Shown: positions 27,406 to 37,001, counted from the first letter of the stretch. The stretch is 64,000 nt of DNA from Candidatus Eiseniibacteriota bacterium (GCA_041946735.1 JBHGAY010000004.1:96001-160000); one strand, 5' to 3'. Numbers and translations: made by a program. Notes: generated by a model not told the origin, from the letters alone.

Positions 27406-27754
27406 GTCTGCACAAACGATGAGAATGACCGAGTCGAACGAATGTCATTTATTCATTCGCAGCCGGCGTCCGCTCGCTCTATTCTGATTCCACTGACGTC
27501 GAGACTCTCTAGGCGTTCTCTGCCGAGACAAAGATCGACAGCAAGAGCTTCGTAGTGCGGGAGAGGGGCGGATTGCGTGTCTTCGGATCTTCGATCGCGT
27601 ATTGAATCCTACTGCGCTGTAGCCGATACCACTCCAGCGAGCCACAACCGATAGCCACTCGACATCGGCCACGCAGATCCGGAATCCACCGCCGCCCCTC
27701 TTCTTTCCATCGCCGCGCGTGCGCGGCGATGTTTCCGGAGGGTACGGGAGAATC

Positions 27755-27789
27755 GAAGGCAAGCGAGGCATCGAAGCCGCTTGCCTTTC
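27755..27789. terminator. Hairpin downstream of the convergent minus-strand gene
   Basis: AAGGCAAGCG...CGCTTGCCTT 10-bp stem. Confidence 0.5.
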
Positions 27790-27822
27790 CTCATCGGGTC
27801 AGCAGACGGACACTGCCACTGC

Positions 27823-29703
27823 TTACCGGCCGGGCAGGAGCAGGACCTTTCGGGTTCCCGGGGCAGACGCTCCATCGATGCGGTAGAAGTAGAGGCCGGA
27901 CGGAAGCCGGTCTCCCCCGCCGCTTCCGCTTCGCCCGTCCCAGAAGACGCCCCTGGCGCCGGCCGTGAAAGGAATCTCCCGTACGATTCGTCCTTGCAGA
28001 TCGTAAAGGATCAGATTCCCGCCGGACCTCGCCGCCACGTCCCTGGCCAGCCAGGCCCCCGTGCAGGGGACGATCGTCGTGCCGCCTGAAGCGAGGGAGC
28101 CGGGGTCTCCCGCCGCCGCCTCCTCGCTCCCTCCCCTGTAGACCACGGCGAACGGCTGCTGATCGAGATGCGGAGTGCCGGCCGACTCTGGCCAAGGGCT
28201 GCCCTGAAGTTCGAAGCGGTAGTTCCCCGCGGGAACGAGGAGCCCCTGCTCATCGCGTCCATCCCAGAGGATCTGGTGGTACCCGCTCGCGATCTGTCCC
28301 TCGAGGAGCAGGCGAACGATGTTGCCCGCCTCGTTGCGGATCAGGATTCGAGCGAAGCCATCCGTCGGCGCGATCACCGAGGCCGTGACGACCGCTCCGG
28401 GATCGCCCGGATCGAATGGATCGGGAGCGACGCTCACGATCGCCCAGCGGTCGAACCAAGGGAAGAGCCCCTTCTCATTCATGCTGCGGATCGCTCGCGT
28501 TTGCGCCTTCAGGCACGCGACCGATGCGGCATCCGAGTCGTCCTGGCCGATGACGAGCGCGCAGCGGATCGAATCGGTCTGCCCCGGCTCGAGCGTGAAG
28601 GGCCCGGCGCTCAGCATGCATCGCTTGTCGGCAGGCGAATCGTCCCGCCATCCCTCGTCGATGTCCCATCGGCCGGCATGCCAGAAGCGCGTAGGGAGGC
28701 CGGTCGTTGGATCGATGACCGGCTCTCCCTGCGCGGTCAGACCGCGGAAGACGTTGTAGGACGCCTGTGCCGAGGACGGATCCTGACCGTTGACGAAATC
28801 GACCGCGGCGTATGCGCCCGCGTCGGGATCGCCCGGCGCTCGCAGAAGCGCAATGCCGACGGCGGGTGGCTGGTCCTCGTACACGTCGTCCCATGCGGTG
28901 CTGACGACGAAGGAGAGATCGAGGAGCGAATCGCAGCCGGCGAGATCATTGCCGGCGTCGCCTACGTCCGGGTCCATCCAGAGTCCAATGCGAGCGTTTT
29001 CGATCGTCTGCGCGCCGCGATTCCAGATCCGGTATTCCATGACGATCACGCGCCCGAGCGGCCATGGCCCATCGAATGCATAGGTAAGATGGGTCACCTC
29101 GATGCCCAGCGGAGCGGTCCCTCCCGGGAGGTTCGTGTGCACTGCGGGATTCGCGTCATGGAAAACCGACCAGAGTGTCTGGTCCGCGACGTGGAGCGGG
29201 AGGCCGCCGCGATCGACCGGCGCGCCGTCGTCGACCGGCCACTCGTCGTAGTCAGCATCGCCGGGACCGGATCCCGGCTCGAGCTTGTAGACCCGATAGC
29301 GCGGGTCGGCCGGATCCGTCCACCCGCCACCGGGCAGCATGCGTCCCGGCTGATATTCCAGGCTGTACTCCGCGGTCGTCACGCGGAGCTCGCCTCCCAC
29401 GTATCCCCCGATCCAGAGTCCGGCGGCGTAGAGGCAGGTCTTGTCGGTGCCGCGCGGGAAGAAGGTCCCTGCCGGACCGCCCGGGGATTCGAGATCCCTG
29501 CCGAAACCGCCGGAGTTCGTCAGGAACATGGCGATCTCATTCGCGTCGACCATCGTCCCGTAGTCGAAGTCGCGCAGAAGCGGCGCTGGATCGCCGGCGC
29601 GCGCGACGGAGGGAAACTTCGGTTCTCGGGGACCGGCGAAGACGAGCGCAGCGGTGAGCGAAAGAGCGAGCAGCACGGCGAGAGAGACGGCCAGGGTGCG
29701 CAT
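27823..29703 (-). CDS. Secreted protein of an FCB-type uncharacterised family with two C-terminal FlgD Ig-like domains
   Basis: AAGGAGG RBS; signal peptide; DANEI.MF.TN.G...FPRGTDK..LYAAGLWIGG, ADQTLWSVF.D, PLGIEV, W.DPD.G.A.ND..GCD, D.R..LSAGPFTL.PG; two WDGR(D) FlgD motifs. Confidence 0.8.
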   Translation of the reverse strand: MRTLAVSLAVLLALSLTAALVFAGPREPKFPSVARAGDPAPLLRDFDYGTMVDANEIAMFLTNSGGFGRDLESPGGPAGTFFPRGTDKTCLYAAGLWIGGYVGGELRVTTAEYSLEYQPGRMLPGGGWTDPADPRYRVYKLEPGSGPGDADYDEWPVDDGAPVDRGGLPLHVADQTLWSVFHDANPAVHTNLPGGTAPLGIEVTHLTYAFDGPWPLGRVIVMEYRIWNRGAQTIENARIGLWMDPDVGDAGNDLAGCDSLLDLSFVVSTAWDDVYEDQPPAVGIALLRAPGDPDAGAYAAVDFVNGQDPSSAQASYNVFRGLTAQGEPVIDPTTGLPTRFWHAGRWDIDEGWRDDSPADKRCMLSAGPFTLEPGQTDSIRCALVIGQDDSDAASVACLKAQTRAIRSMNEKGLFPWFDRWAIVSVAPDPFDPGDPGAVVTASVIAPTDGFARILIRNEAGNIVRLLLEGQIASGYHQILWDGRDEQGLLVPAGNYRFELQGSPWPESAGTPHLDQQPFAVVYRGGSEEAAAGDPGSLASGGTTIVPCTGAWLARDVAARSGGNLILYDLQGRIVREIPFTAGARGVFWDGRSGSGGGDRLPSGLYFYRIDGASAPGTRKVLLLPGR

Positions 29704-29863
29704 CGGAAGCTCCTCCTTCACGAGTTGTGGGAATTCCCGGCGCAAGGATTGTAGCAGGCGGGGAACGAGCCGGCGAAGGGCACCCTTTGGCGATGCCCCT
29801 CAGCGAAGCGCCCTTCGGCGAAGCGCCGGCTTGGACGCTGCGCCGCCGTACGGGACGGGACAG

Positions 29864-31294
29864 TCAGCGCAGGCGCAGCACCAGCAACTTCAGCTCGGTC
29901 ATCTCCTCGATCGCCCAGCGGATCCCTTCGCGGCCGAAGCCGGAGTGCTTCACGCCACCGTAGGGCATGTGGTCGACGCGCCAGGTCGGGACCTCGTTGA
30001 TCGTCACGCCGCCGGCCTCGACGTCGCGGTAGAAGCGGAAGGCTCGATCGAGATCGTGGGTGAACAATCCCGCCTGCAGTCCGAACTCCGAGTCGTTCAC
30101 CTTCTCGATCGCCTGCTCGAGCGACTCGTGGGAGTCGACCACGGCGACCGGGCCGAACGCTTCCTGGCAGGAGATGCGGAGGCGCGGATCCACGTCCCTC
30201 AGGATCGTCGGCTCGACGACGTTCCCGCTGCGGTGCCCGCCGCAGGCGATCTCCGCTCCGCGGTCGCGCGCCTCGGCGATCCAACCCATGAGGCGGTCCG
30301 CTTCTTCGCTGCGGATCAGCGGTCCGACGACCGTCTCCTCGAGAGCGGGATCGCCGTGGGGGATCTGCTCCCGGGCGTAGGCGGCGAACGCGTCGACGAA
30401 AGCCCTCTCGTCCCGAGCAGGGACGAGCACGCGCTGCACCGAGATGCAGCTCTGCCCCGCGTAGCCGAAGGCGGAGGCGGCGATCTTCGGGATCTCCCGG
30501 AGCGGGTCGTAGCCCTCGTCGAGGACGACCGCGGCGTTGCCGCCGAGCTCGAGCACGACCTTGCGGTGGGCGGCGCGGCTCTTGAGCGGCCAGCCGACGA
30601 GCGGGCTGCCGGTGAAGGTCACGAGCTTCACGCGCGGATCGACCACCATCGACTCGGCGAGCTGCACCGGGCTGGGCACCACGTTCAACAGTCCCGCCGG
30701 GAGCCTGGCCGCCTCCGCCGCTTCGGCGAGCAGGAGCGAGGTGAGCGGCGTCTGGGAGGCGGGACGGAGGACGATGGCGCATCCGGCCGCGATCGCCGGG
30801 CCGACCTTGTGGCAGACGAGATTCAGTGGGAAGTTGAACGGCGTGATCGCCAGCACGACGCCGACAGGGAAGCGGCGCGTGAAGCCGGTGTGCCCTCTGC
30901 CGACGTCGACCACGTCCAGGGGGAGCAGCTCGCCTCCGATCCGTTTCGACTCCTCTGCGGACCAGCGCAGCGTGTGGAGGCTCCGCTCCACCTCGGCGCG
31001 CGCGAGCCGGATCGGCTTGCCCGCCTCCGCGCAGATCGTCTGCGCGAACTCCTCCCGGCGCTCCTCGACGGCCGCCGCGATCCTTTCGAGCCAGCCGGCC
31101 CGGTCGACCGGCGCATCGTGGCGATGCTCGCGGAAGGCGCGTTCGGCGGCTGCCAGGGCCGCCTCGATCTCGGCAGGGCCGGCGCGGTGGTGCCGTCCCA
31201 CGATCGAGGAGTCGAACGGGGAGCGGACCTCGACGATCTCCGCCCCATCGATCCAGCGGCCGTCGACGTAGAGGTGGCACGTCTTGCGCTTCAT
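29864..31294 (-). CDS. Aldehyde dehydrogenase family protein
   Basis: ITPFNFPLNL, FTGS, LELGGNA, GQSCIS catalytic Cys, EAFGPV, MPYGGVK.SG.GREG. Confidence 0.93.
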   Translation of the reverse strand: MKRKTCHLYVDGRWIDGAEIVEVRSPFDSSIVGRHHRAGPAEIEAALAAAERAFREHRHDAPVDRAGWLERIAAAVEERREEFAQTICAEAGKPIRLARAEVERSLHTLRWSAEESKRIGGELLPLDVVDVGRGHTGFTRRFPVGVVLAITPFNFPLNLVCHKVGPAIAAGCAIVLRPASQTPLTSLLLAEAAEAARLPAGLLNVVPSPVQLAESMVVDPRVKLVTFTGSPLVGWPLKSRAAHRKVVLELGGNAAVVLDEGYDPLREIPKIAASAFGYAGQSCISVQRVLVPARDERAFVDAFAAYAREQIPHGDPALEETVVGPLIRSEEADRLMGWIAEARDRGAEIACGGHRSGNVVEPTILRDVDPRLRISCQEAFGPVAVVDSHESLEQAIEKVNDSEFGLQAGLFTHDLDRAFRFYRDVEAGGVTINEVPTWRVDHMPYGGVKHSGFGREGIRWAIEEMTELKLLVLRLR

Positions 31295-31361
31295 CGGATC
31301 CTCCCAGGATCACGCGCGACGAACCGCCCCCGCGGTCCGCAAGCCGGACCCCGTCCTCCGG

Positions 31362-32726
31362 TCAGCTTCCCGAGACGGCGAGCTCCTTCACCCGGAAGCT
31401 CGGCGTCTTCAGCGGGCCATCCCAGACGAGATCGTCGGCGATCGCTTCGATGCCCCGGAAGATCTCCGGGATCGAGCCGGCGACCGTGACGCGGGCGACC
31501 GGCCGCACCGGCTTTCCCTTCTCGATCCAGAGGCCGAAGGCCGCGCTCGAGAAGTCCGAGTTCGACGGATCGAGGCCGATCCACCACCCGGAGAGCCCCC
31601 AGACCCAGAGGCCGCGGTCGATGCCGGCCACGATCTCCTCGAGCTTCTGCGTCCCCGGCGCGATCGAAATGTTCCCGCCTCCGATCTCCGGAAGCGATTC
31701 ATATCCTCCGCGCCGCGAGCTGCCGGTCGATTGCGCCCCCAGCCGCTTCGCCGCGGCCAGGTCGCACATCCGCCCCGCGATCTTCCCCTGTTCGAGGAGA
31801 GTCAGGTCGCGTGTGTCGATCCCCTCGCCGTCGAACGGGACGGTCGCCGGCCCGCCCGGCATGCGCATCGCGTCGTGGACGGTGACGAGCGGGCTGGCGA
31901 GGAGCGGATCGGCGCGGTCCGCGAGCCATGAGCGGCCGCGCGCGATATGGTCGCCGCGGAGGGCGACGGTGAGATAGACGAGCGGAGCGAATCCCGCCTC
32001 GGGGGAGAAAAGGACCGGGTAGCGCCCGGTCGGGACCGGCCGGCCCCCGAGCAGCCGCAGAGCGCGCTCCGAAGCGCGGCGCGCGAGAGCGCCGGGATCG
32101 CCCAGCGCGTCCCAGCTGCCAACCTGGATTTCGGTCTCGCCCGGCTGCATCTCCCCCGCGTCCTCGGCGATCACCTGCAGCGAGGCGGACACGCCGCTCT
32201 TGCGGTAATGCCGGAACAGGCCGCGGGTATTGGCGAGCCAGGTGCCGGTGAGATTCTCGTCGTAGCTCGCACCCTCGGTCTTCTTGATCTTGGGATCGGC
32301 GCCGCGGCCGATCGCTTCCGCCGAGGTGATCCAATCCTGCTTCTCGCGGAGAGGGCGCTTCTCGAGCGAGGCGTCGTAGATGGCGAGAGCCGCCCCTTCG
32401 TCGCTGCCGTCCCCGGGTCCGGCCGGAGGGGCGAGGGCCAGGTCCTCCCGGGGCGTCGCGAAGCGCAGCACGTCGACCGCTTGCTTCGCCGCCTCGACGA
32501 CCTTCTCCGGGTCGGCGGCGCTGGTGTGGACGAAGCCGAGCCGGCCCTCGCGGATCGCGCGGATGCCCACGCCCTGCACTTCGGCCCGCTGGATCTCTTC
32601 CAGACGCCCCTCGCGCACGTGGAGTCTCAGCGAGCGGCGGTGCTCGAAGAAGGCATCCCCTTCGGCGCCGGCCGCCTTCAGCACCTCGAGCACCCGCTCC
32701 AGGACGACTTTCTCTTCCACGTCCAT
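31362..32726 (-). CDS. pmbA: TldD/PmbA family protein, PmbA/TldE subunit
   Basis: GVGIRAI..GRLGF, TGRYPVLFSP, PFDGEG, GDFS-like (SDFS)...G.WIEKG, TPS; lacks HExxxH and signal peptide. Confidence 0.85.
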   Translation of the reverse strand: MDVEEKVVLERVLEVLKAAGAEGDAFFEHRRSLRLHVREGRLEEIQRAEVQGVGIRAIREGRLGFVHTSAADPEKVVEAAKQAVDVLRFATPREDLALAPPAGPGDGSDEGAALAIYDASLEKRPLREKQDWITSAEAIGRGADPKIKKTEGASYDENLTGTWLANTRGLFRHYRKSGVSASLQVIAEDAGEMQPGETEIQVGSWDALGDPGALARRASERALRLLGGRPVPTGRYPVLFSPEAGFAPLVYLTVALRGDHIARGRSWLADRADPLLASPLVTVHDAMRMPGGPATVPFDGEGIDTRDLTLLEQGKIAGRMCDLAAAKRLGAQSTGSSRRGGYESLPEIGGGNISIAPGTQKLEEIVAGIDRGLWVWGLSGWWIGLDPSNSDFSSAAFGLWIEKGKPVRPVARVTVAGSIPEIFRGIEAIADDLVWDGPLKTPSFRVKELAVSGS

Positions 32727-32787
32727 CCCCTCCCCGGTCCCGCCGCTCGCCGATGCTTCGCTCGCCGGACTGCGGGCCGCTGCTCTA

Positions 32788-34419
32788 TCAGGCCTGGCCC
32801 GATCCTCCGACCGTCATCGACGAGATGCGCAGCGTCGGGGCCCCGGTGGAGATCGGGACCCACTGTCCCTTGCCGCAGGTCCCGGGCCAGAACTTCAGAT
32901 CGGGACCGACGCGGTCGATCCTCTTCAGGATCTCCGGTCCGTTGCCGACCAGGTTCGCGCCACGGACCGGGCGGCCGATCTTGCCGTCCTCGATGCGGTA
33001 TCCCTCGAGGACTCCGAAGGTGAAGTTACCGGTCGTCGTGTCGACCTCGCCGCCGCCGAGGGTGCGCGCGTAGAGCCCGCTCTTCGTGTCGCGGATCATC
33101 GCGTCGACGTCATCCTCCCCTTGATAGAGGAAGGTGTTCGTCATCCGCACGAGCGGCGGAAAGCGATACGACTGGCGCCGGCCGTTCCCCGTCCGGCTCG
33201 TGTCGAGACCCTGAGCGGAGATCCGATCGGTCATGAATCCTTGAAGAACGCCCTTGGCGATCAGGATGTTCTGGCGCGGAACGGTCCCCTCGTCGTCGAT
33301 GTCGAACGACCCGCGGAGGTCGGCGATCCCGCCGTGATCCACGATCGACACGCGGTCCGAAGCGACCACCTCGCCGATCCGGCCGGAGTAGAAGGAAGTC
33401 CCGCGCATCGCGAAGTCCCCTTCGAGGCCGTGGCCGACCGCTTCGTGGAACAGGACTCCGCCGCCCGCCGCCAGGATCACCGGCATCTCGCCGGCCGGCG
33501 CCTCCTCGGCCTCGAGCATCGCCACCGCGATCCGCGCCGCCTCCGCGCCCGATCGGGCCGGCGCCGCGTCGTCGAACTGCTCCGCTCCGAGGCGCTGACT
33601 GATCCGGTCGAGGCCGGTCACGCGGCGGCCGTCTTTCACGGCGACGGCGTTCACGCGGAAGTAGGCGAGCGGCATCGTGTCCTCGAGCCACTGCCCGTCG
33701 GAGTTGATGACGGCGAATCGCTGCATCTCGTCGGTGTATTCGATCGTCACTTGCTGGACTGCCGGATGATACGCGCGGGCCGCCTCGTCCGCCTGCTGCA
33801 GCCAGCGCACGCGCTCGTCCTGCGGGACGGAGTCGAAGGGGCGGCGCCAGCGGATGCGGCGCACCGGGGTCTCGACGAGGAACGCGACGGGAGGGACGGT
33901 GGCAGGACCGGCCGAGGCGATCGCCGCGGCATTGCGAGCCGCCTCGAGGAGCGGTTCCGCTTCGAAGGAGTCCGCGTAGGCGTAGCCGACCCGGTCCCCC
34001 TCGATCGCGCGAACCCCTCCTCCTGCAAGGATGCCCTGCTCGATCGACTCGATCGCCCCCTCGGAGAGGGTGATCCGCGTCGTGACGCGCGTCTCGAGGT
34101 AGAGATCCGCGAAGCTCGCGCCGAGCGAGCGCGCTTCGGCGAGGATTTTCGACGCTGTCGCGCCATCGATAGGAAAGCCGGGCTTCTGGGCAAGAGCGAG
34201 CGAGTCGCGCAGCCCGAGGATTCCGTCGAGCGGCCCGGCAGCGGCGAGAGCCGCAGCGCCGCCGACGATCTTCAGAAATCCGCGGCGGCGGAGCGGTCGC
34301 TCGAGATCGCGCGCACGGGGCGGGCGGCCGAGATCGTGCGCGTCGTGCGGGCGGCCGAGATCGTGCGAGCGGCGTGGGCCATGGACGAAGTCGTCAAAGT
34401 CTTCACGGAAGCGGGTCAT
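32788..34419 (-). CDS. tldD: TldD metalloprotease with twin-arginine (Tat) signal
   Basis: RRRGFLK + hydrophobic helix + ALA; ADLYLE, HEAVGHGLEGD, DDEG, TGNGRRQSY...RMTNT, CGK.Q.VP...G.PT. Confidence 0.9.
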   Translation of the reverse strand: MTRFREDFDDFVHGPRRSHDLGRPHDAHDLGRPPRARDLERPLRRRGFLKIVGGAAALAAAGPLDGILGLRDSLALAQKPGFPIDGATASKILAEARSLGASFADLYLETRVTTRITLSEGAIESIEQGILAGGGVRAIEGDRVGYAYADSFEAEPLLEAARNAAAIASAGPATVPPVAFLVETPVRRIRWRRPFDSVPQDERVRWLQQADEAARAYHPAVQQVTIEYTDEMQRFAVINSDGQWLEDTMPLAYFRVNAVAVKDGRRVTGLDRISQRLGAEQFDDAAPARSGAEAARIAVAMLEAEEAPAGEMPVILAAGGGVLFHEAVGHGLEGDFAMRGTSFYSGRIGEVVASDRVSIVDHGGIADLRGSFDIDDEGTVPRQNILIAKGVLQGFMTDRISAQGLDTSRTGNGRRQSYRFPPLVRMTNTFLYQGEDDVDAMIRDTKSGLYARTLGGGEVDTTTGNFTFGVLEGYRIEDGKIGRPVRGANLVGNGPEILKRIDRVGPDLKFWPGTCGKGQWVPISTGAPTLRISSMTVGGSGQA

Positions 34420-34720
34420 CGTTCCGTCCCCCCCTCCCTTCCTCAGCGGCGGAGTCCGGACGCGAGGGTAGCAAAGGGGGACGGCGAAAGGGGAGGGAAA
34501 GGGATGGGCCGGACAGCCGCGAGCGGCCACCCGGCCCGACGTGAAAGGAGGGCACCCCTTGCACGCCACTCGGTCCTTCCCGGCGGCCGCGTGCCGGCCG
34601 CTCGCTCAGGCGCCCCGGCGCGGCGCCGCGCGGCGCGCCGCGGCAATGCCCGCCGAGATGACCGGATTCCTGCGACCCGACACCCAGACCGCCGGACCGG
34701 AGTAATCCGTCGGAGGCCTG

Positions 34721-36787
34721 CTACGCGACCTTGACGATCGGTGCCTCGTGCTCGCCCCGCGGCCGGCGCGCCGCCGGCTCGAGGCCGCATCGCCTCGCGA
34801 GGACGACGTCCTCGTACGGCACGACCTTCAGTGCTTCTTCCAGCGTGATCGTCCCCTCGAGCGCCAGGCGCAGAGCGTCCTGCCCCACGCACGGGAATCC
34901 TCCGAGCGCCTGCTCGCGTAGCGCCTCGGCCGGCAGGCGCTGGCCGATCGCATAGCGGTCCTCGGCCGTCGGGATCCACAGCTCCGCGGCGATCGCACGT
35001 CCTGCGTGGCCGGTCCCTCCGCAGCGATCGCATCCCGATCCGCGCCGCCATTCCACGTCGGGAATCGAACCGCGGAACCACTCCTCCAGCACGCGCGCGG
35101 CCGGTCGGTACGGCACGCTGCACGACGGGCAGTTCCTCCGGATCAACCGCTGTGCGAGGATGCCGGACAGCGACGCCGCGACCTGGTTGCGATCGACCCC
35201 CAGCTCCACCATCCTCCCGACGACCGCGGTCGAGTTCCCCGCATTGGTCGTCCCGAGGATCGTCGGCCCCTCGGGTCCGACCGAGAAGGCGATCTGCGCC
35301 GTCGCGCCGTCGTCGATCCGGTCGCACAGGATCACGTCGGCGCCCTGATCGAGGAACGCGCGCAGATAGCGCGCGAAGGTATTCCCTAGCGAGGGATCGA
35401 CCTGCGCCTGCGTCACGCCCCGGATCACCGAGAAGATCGGATCCTCGGCGGAGAGGATCTTCACGTTGGGACCGCGCAGGAGCGGCACGGTCGCGCGCAG
35501 CGTGGTGCGCTTGCGGCTTCCGATCGGCCCGGTGACCAGCAGCACGCCGCGCCCCTCGCGCAGGAGCGGCTCGAACCGTGAACGCACGAAGGCGCTCAGT
35601 CCCGCCTCCTCGAGCGTCGGATCGCTGCGCTCCTCGCGCAGGATCTGCAGCACGGCGGTCTCGCCGGATGGTCCCGGCAGAATGCTGACGCGGAGCCGCA
35701 CCGGCCGCGAAAAGTCCCCCTCCTCGGTCTTCAGGACGACGATCCCCTCCTGCGGCCGGCGCGTCTCGCCCGGCTCCAGGTGCGCCATCGCCTTCACCGC
35801 GCGGACGAGCGCGGGGATCTTGCCGGTCGCCGCCGCCGCCTCCTCCCATTCGCGTAGGCCGCCGTCGTCGCGGATGCGCACGCGCCCTCCTTCTTCGGCC
35901 GGCTCGAAATGGAGATCGTGCACGTGGGTCCGAAGAGCCTGAGTGATCAGGCGGCGCACGAGCGAGGGGATCTCGAGCCCTTCGCGAAGGTCGAGCGGCG
36001 GGAACATCCCGTCGTCGGCGATGCCGGTCGCTCCATCCCCGCCGGCGCGCGCGCCCCCGCCTGTCTCGTAGCCGGCGGCCGGCGTCGCCATGGCCCCGGC
36101 CGGGGCGGTCGCCGCCCCGTCCGATGCCTCGGTCCCCTCCCGTTCCTCGTAGAGCCGGCGGAGGCACGCCTGCACCTCGCTGCGCGTCGATACGACGGGA
36201 CGGACTTTCATCGCGATCGCCTGCTCGAGGTCGCGAACGACGTCGCGGCGAGTCGGATCGTGAATCGCGACGGTGAGCTGCCGGCCGATGCGCGCGACCG
36301 GGACGACGCCGTTGCGCCAAGCGAAGAGCGGGTTGATCAGCTCCGCCAGCTCGGGATGCGGGGTGATCACGCCGAGCGGGACATAGGGAAGGTCGAACTG
36401 CTCGGCAAGCGTCTCCGTCAGGGTCGGCTCATCGAGGAACCCCAGCTCGAGCAGGATCTCGCCGATGCGGAAGGCGCGCTCGCGCTGCGCGCGCAGCGCG
36501 ACCTCGAGCTGCGCGAGACTGATCCGCCCGCGATGAACGAGCAGCTCGCCGAGGCGGAGCCGTTTTCCCCAGCGATCGAGCACCGACTCGAGCCGGTCGG
36601 GGGTGAGAAACCCCATCTCGACACAGATCCGCCCGATCGGCACGCGCTCGTCGGCCGGCATTCCGCGCTGAGCCTCGAGCGCCTTCGCGAGTTGATCGGG
36701 ATGGACGTAACCGAGTTCGATGAGGAGCTGACCGAGAGGTCGGCTGGCCCCTTGGGCTTGGCACTGCCGCAGCGCTTCCGGATTCAT
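34721..36787 (-). CDS. GspE/PilB-family protein with MshEN c-di-GMP-binding motifs and degenerate ATPase motifs
   Basis: Four (R/P)(L/I)Gxx(L/I)xxxG repeats; DLHFEP, RRPQEG, VTGPIGSRKRTT, EDP, AQRLIRRNCPSC...GCDRC.GTG..GR. Confidence 0.82.
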   Translation of the reverse strand: MNPEALRQCQAQGASRPLGQLLIELGYVHPDQLAKALEAQRGMPADERVPIGRICVEMGFLTPDRLESVLDRWGKRLRLGELLVHRGRISLAQLEVALRAQRERAFRIGEILLELGFLDEPTLTETLAEQFDLPYVPLGVITPHPELAELINPLFAWRNGVVPVARIGRQLTVAIHDPTRRDVVRDLEQAIAMKVRPVVSTRSEVQACLRRLYEEREGTEASDGAATAPAGAMATPAAGYETGGGARAGGDGATGIADDGMFPPLDLREGLEIPSLVRRLITQALRTHVHDLHFEPAEEGGRVRIRDDGGLREWEEAAAATGKIPALVRAVKAMAHLEPGETRRPQEGIVVLKTEEGDFSRPVRLRVSILPGPSGETAVLQILREERSDPTLEEAGLSAFVRSRFEPLLREGRGVLLVTGPIGSRKRTTLRATVPLLRGPNVKILSAEDPIFSVIRGVTQAQVDPSLGNTFARYLRAFLDQGADVILCDRIDDGATAQIAFSVGPEGPTILGTTNAGNSTAVVGRMVELGVDRNQVAASLSGILAQRLIRRNCPSCSVPYRPAARVLEEWFRGSIPDVEWRRGSGCDRCGGTGHAGRAIAAELWIPTAEDRYAIGQRLPAEALREQALGGFPCVGQDALRLALEGTITLEEALKVVPYEDVVLARRCGLEPAARRPRGEHEAPIVKVA

Positions 36788-36821
36788 CGGGCGGGTCCCC
36801 TCCTTAGGTTCTCCCGTATGG

Positions 36822-36848
36822 ATATCGGCTCTTCTTGCCCCCGCCTGA
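36822..36848 (-). promoter_or_regulatory. Sigma28 (FliA)-like promoter
   Basis: Minus strand TCAG-N15-GCCGATAT vs consensus TAAA-N15-GCCGATAA, 35 nt upstream of the ATG, with AAGGAGG RBS between. Confidence 0.55.
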
Positions 36849-36890
36849 ATTTCGCTGTGGCGGAAGTCCTCCGGAAAGAGCGGCGGGAAG

Positions 36891-36963
36891 GATTGGCGGG
36901 GCCGGCGCGATCGGCGCGGCTGGCGTGATCGGCGCGATTGGCGGGGCCGGCGCGATCGGCGCG
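36891..36963. repeat. 28-bp direct repeat within a degenerate 9-bp tandem tract
   Basis: GATTGGCGGGGCCGGCGCGATCGGCGCG at 36891 and 36936. Confidence 0.8.
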
Positions 36964-37001
36964 CGCTTGCCCCGCGCCGGGGCGCCTGCTACACCAAGCC
37001 G

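Noticed and set aside
27600..27700. Integron attC site, tRNA, SRP or 6S RNA
   Set aside because: Lacks RYYYAAC/GTTRRRY ends, cloverleaf/T-loop, the SRP GGAA-GCAG motif and a two-sided 6S bubble; kept only as an unclassified structured region
34721..36787. Functional type II secretion/type IV pilus locus
   Set aside because: No pilins, PilC/GspF or secretin nearby, and the ATPase motifs are degenerate
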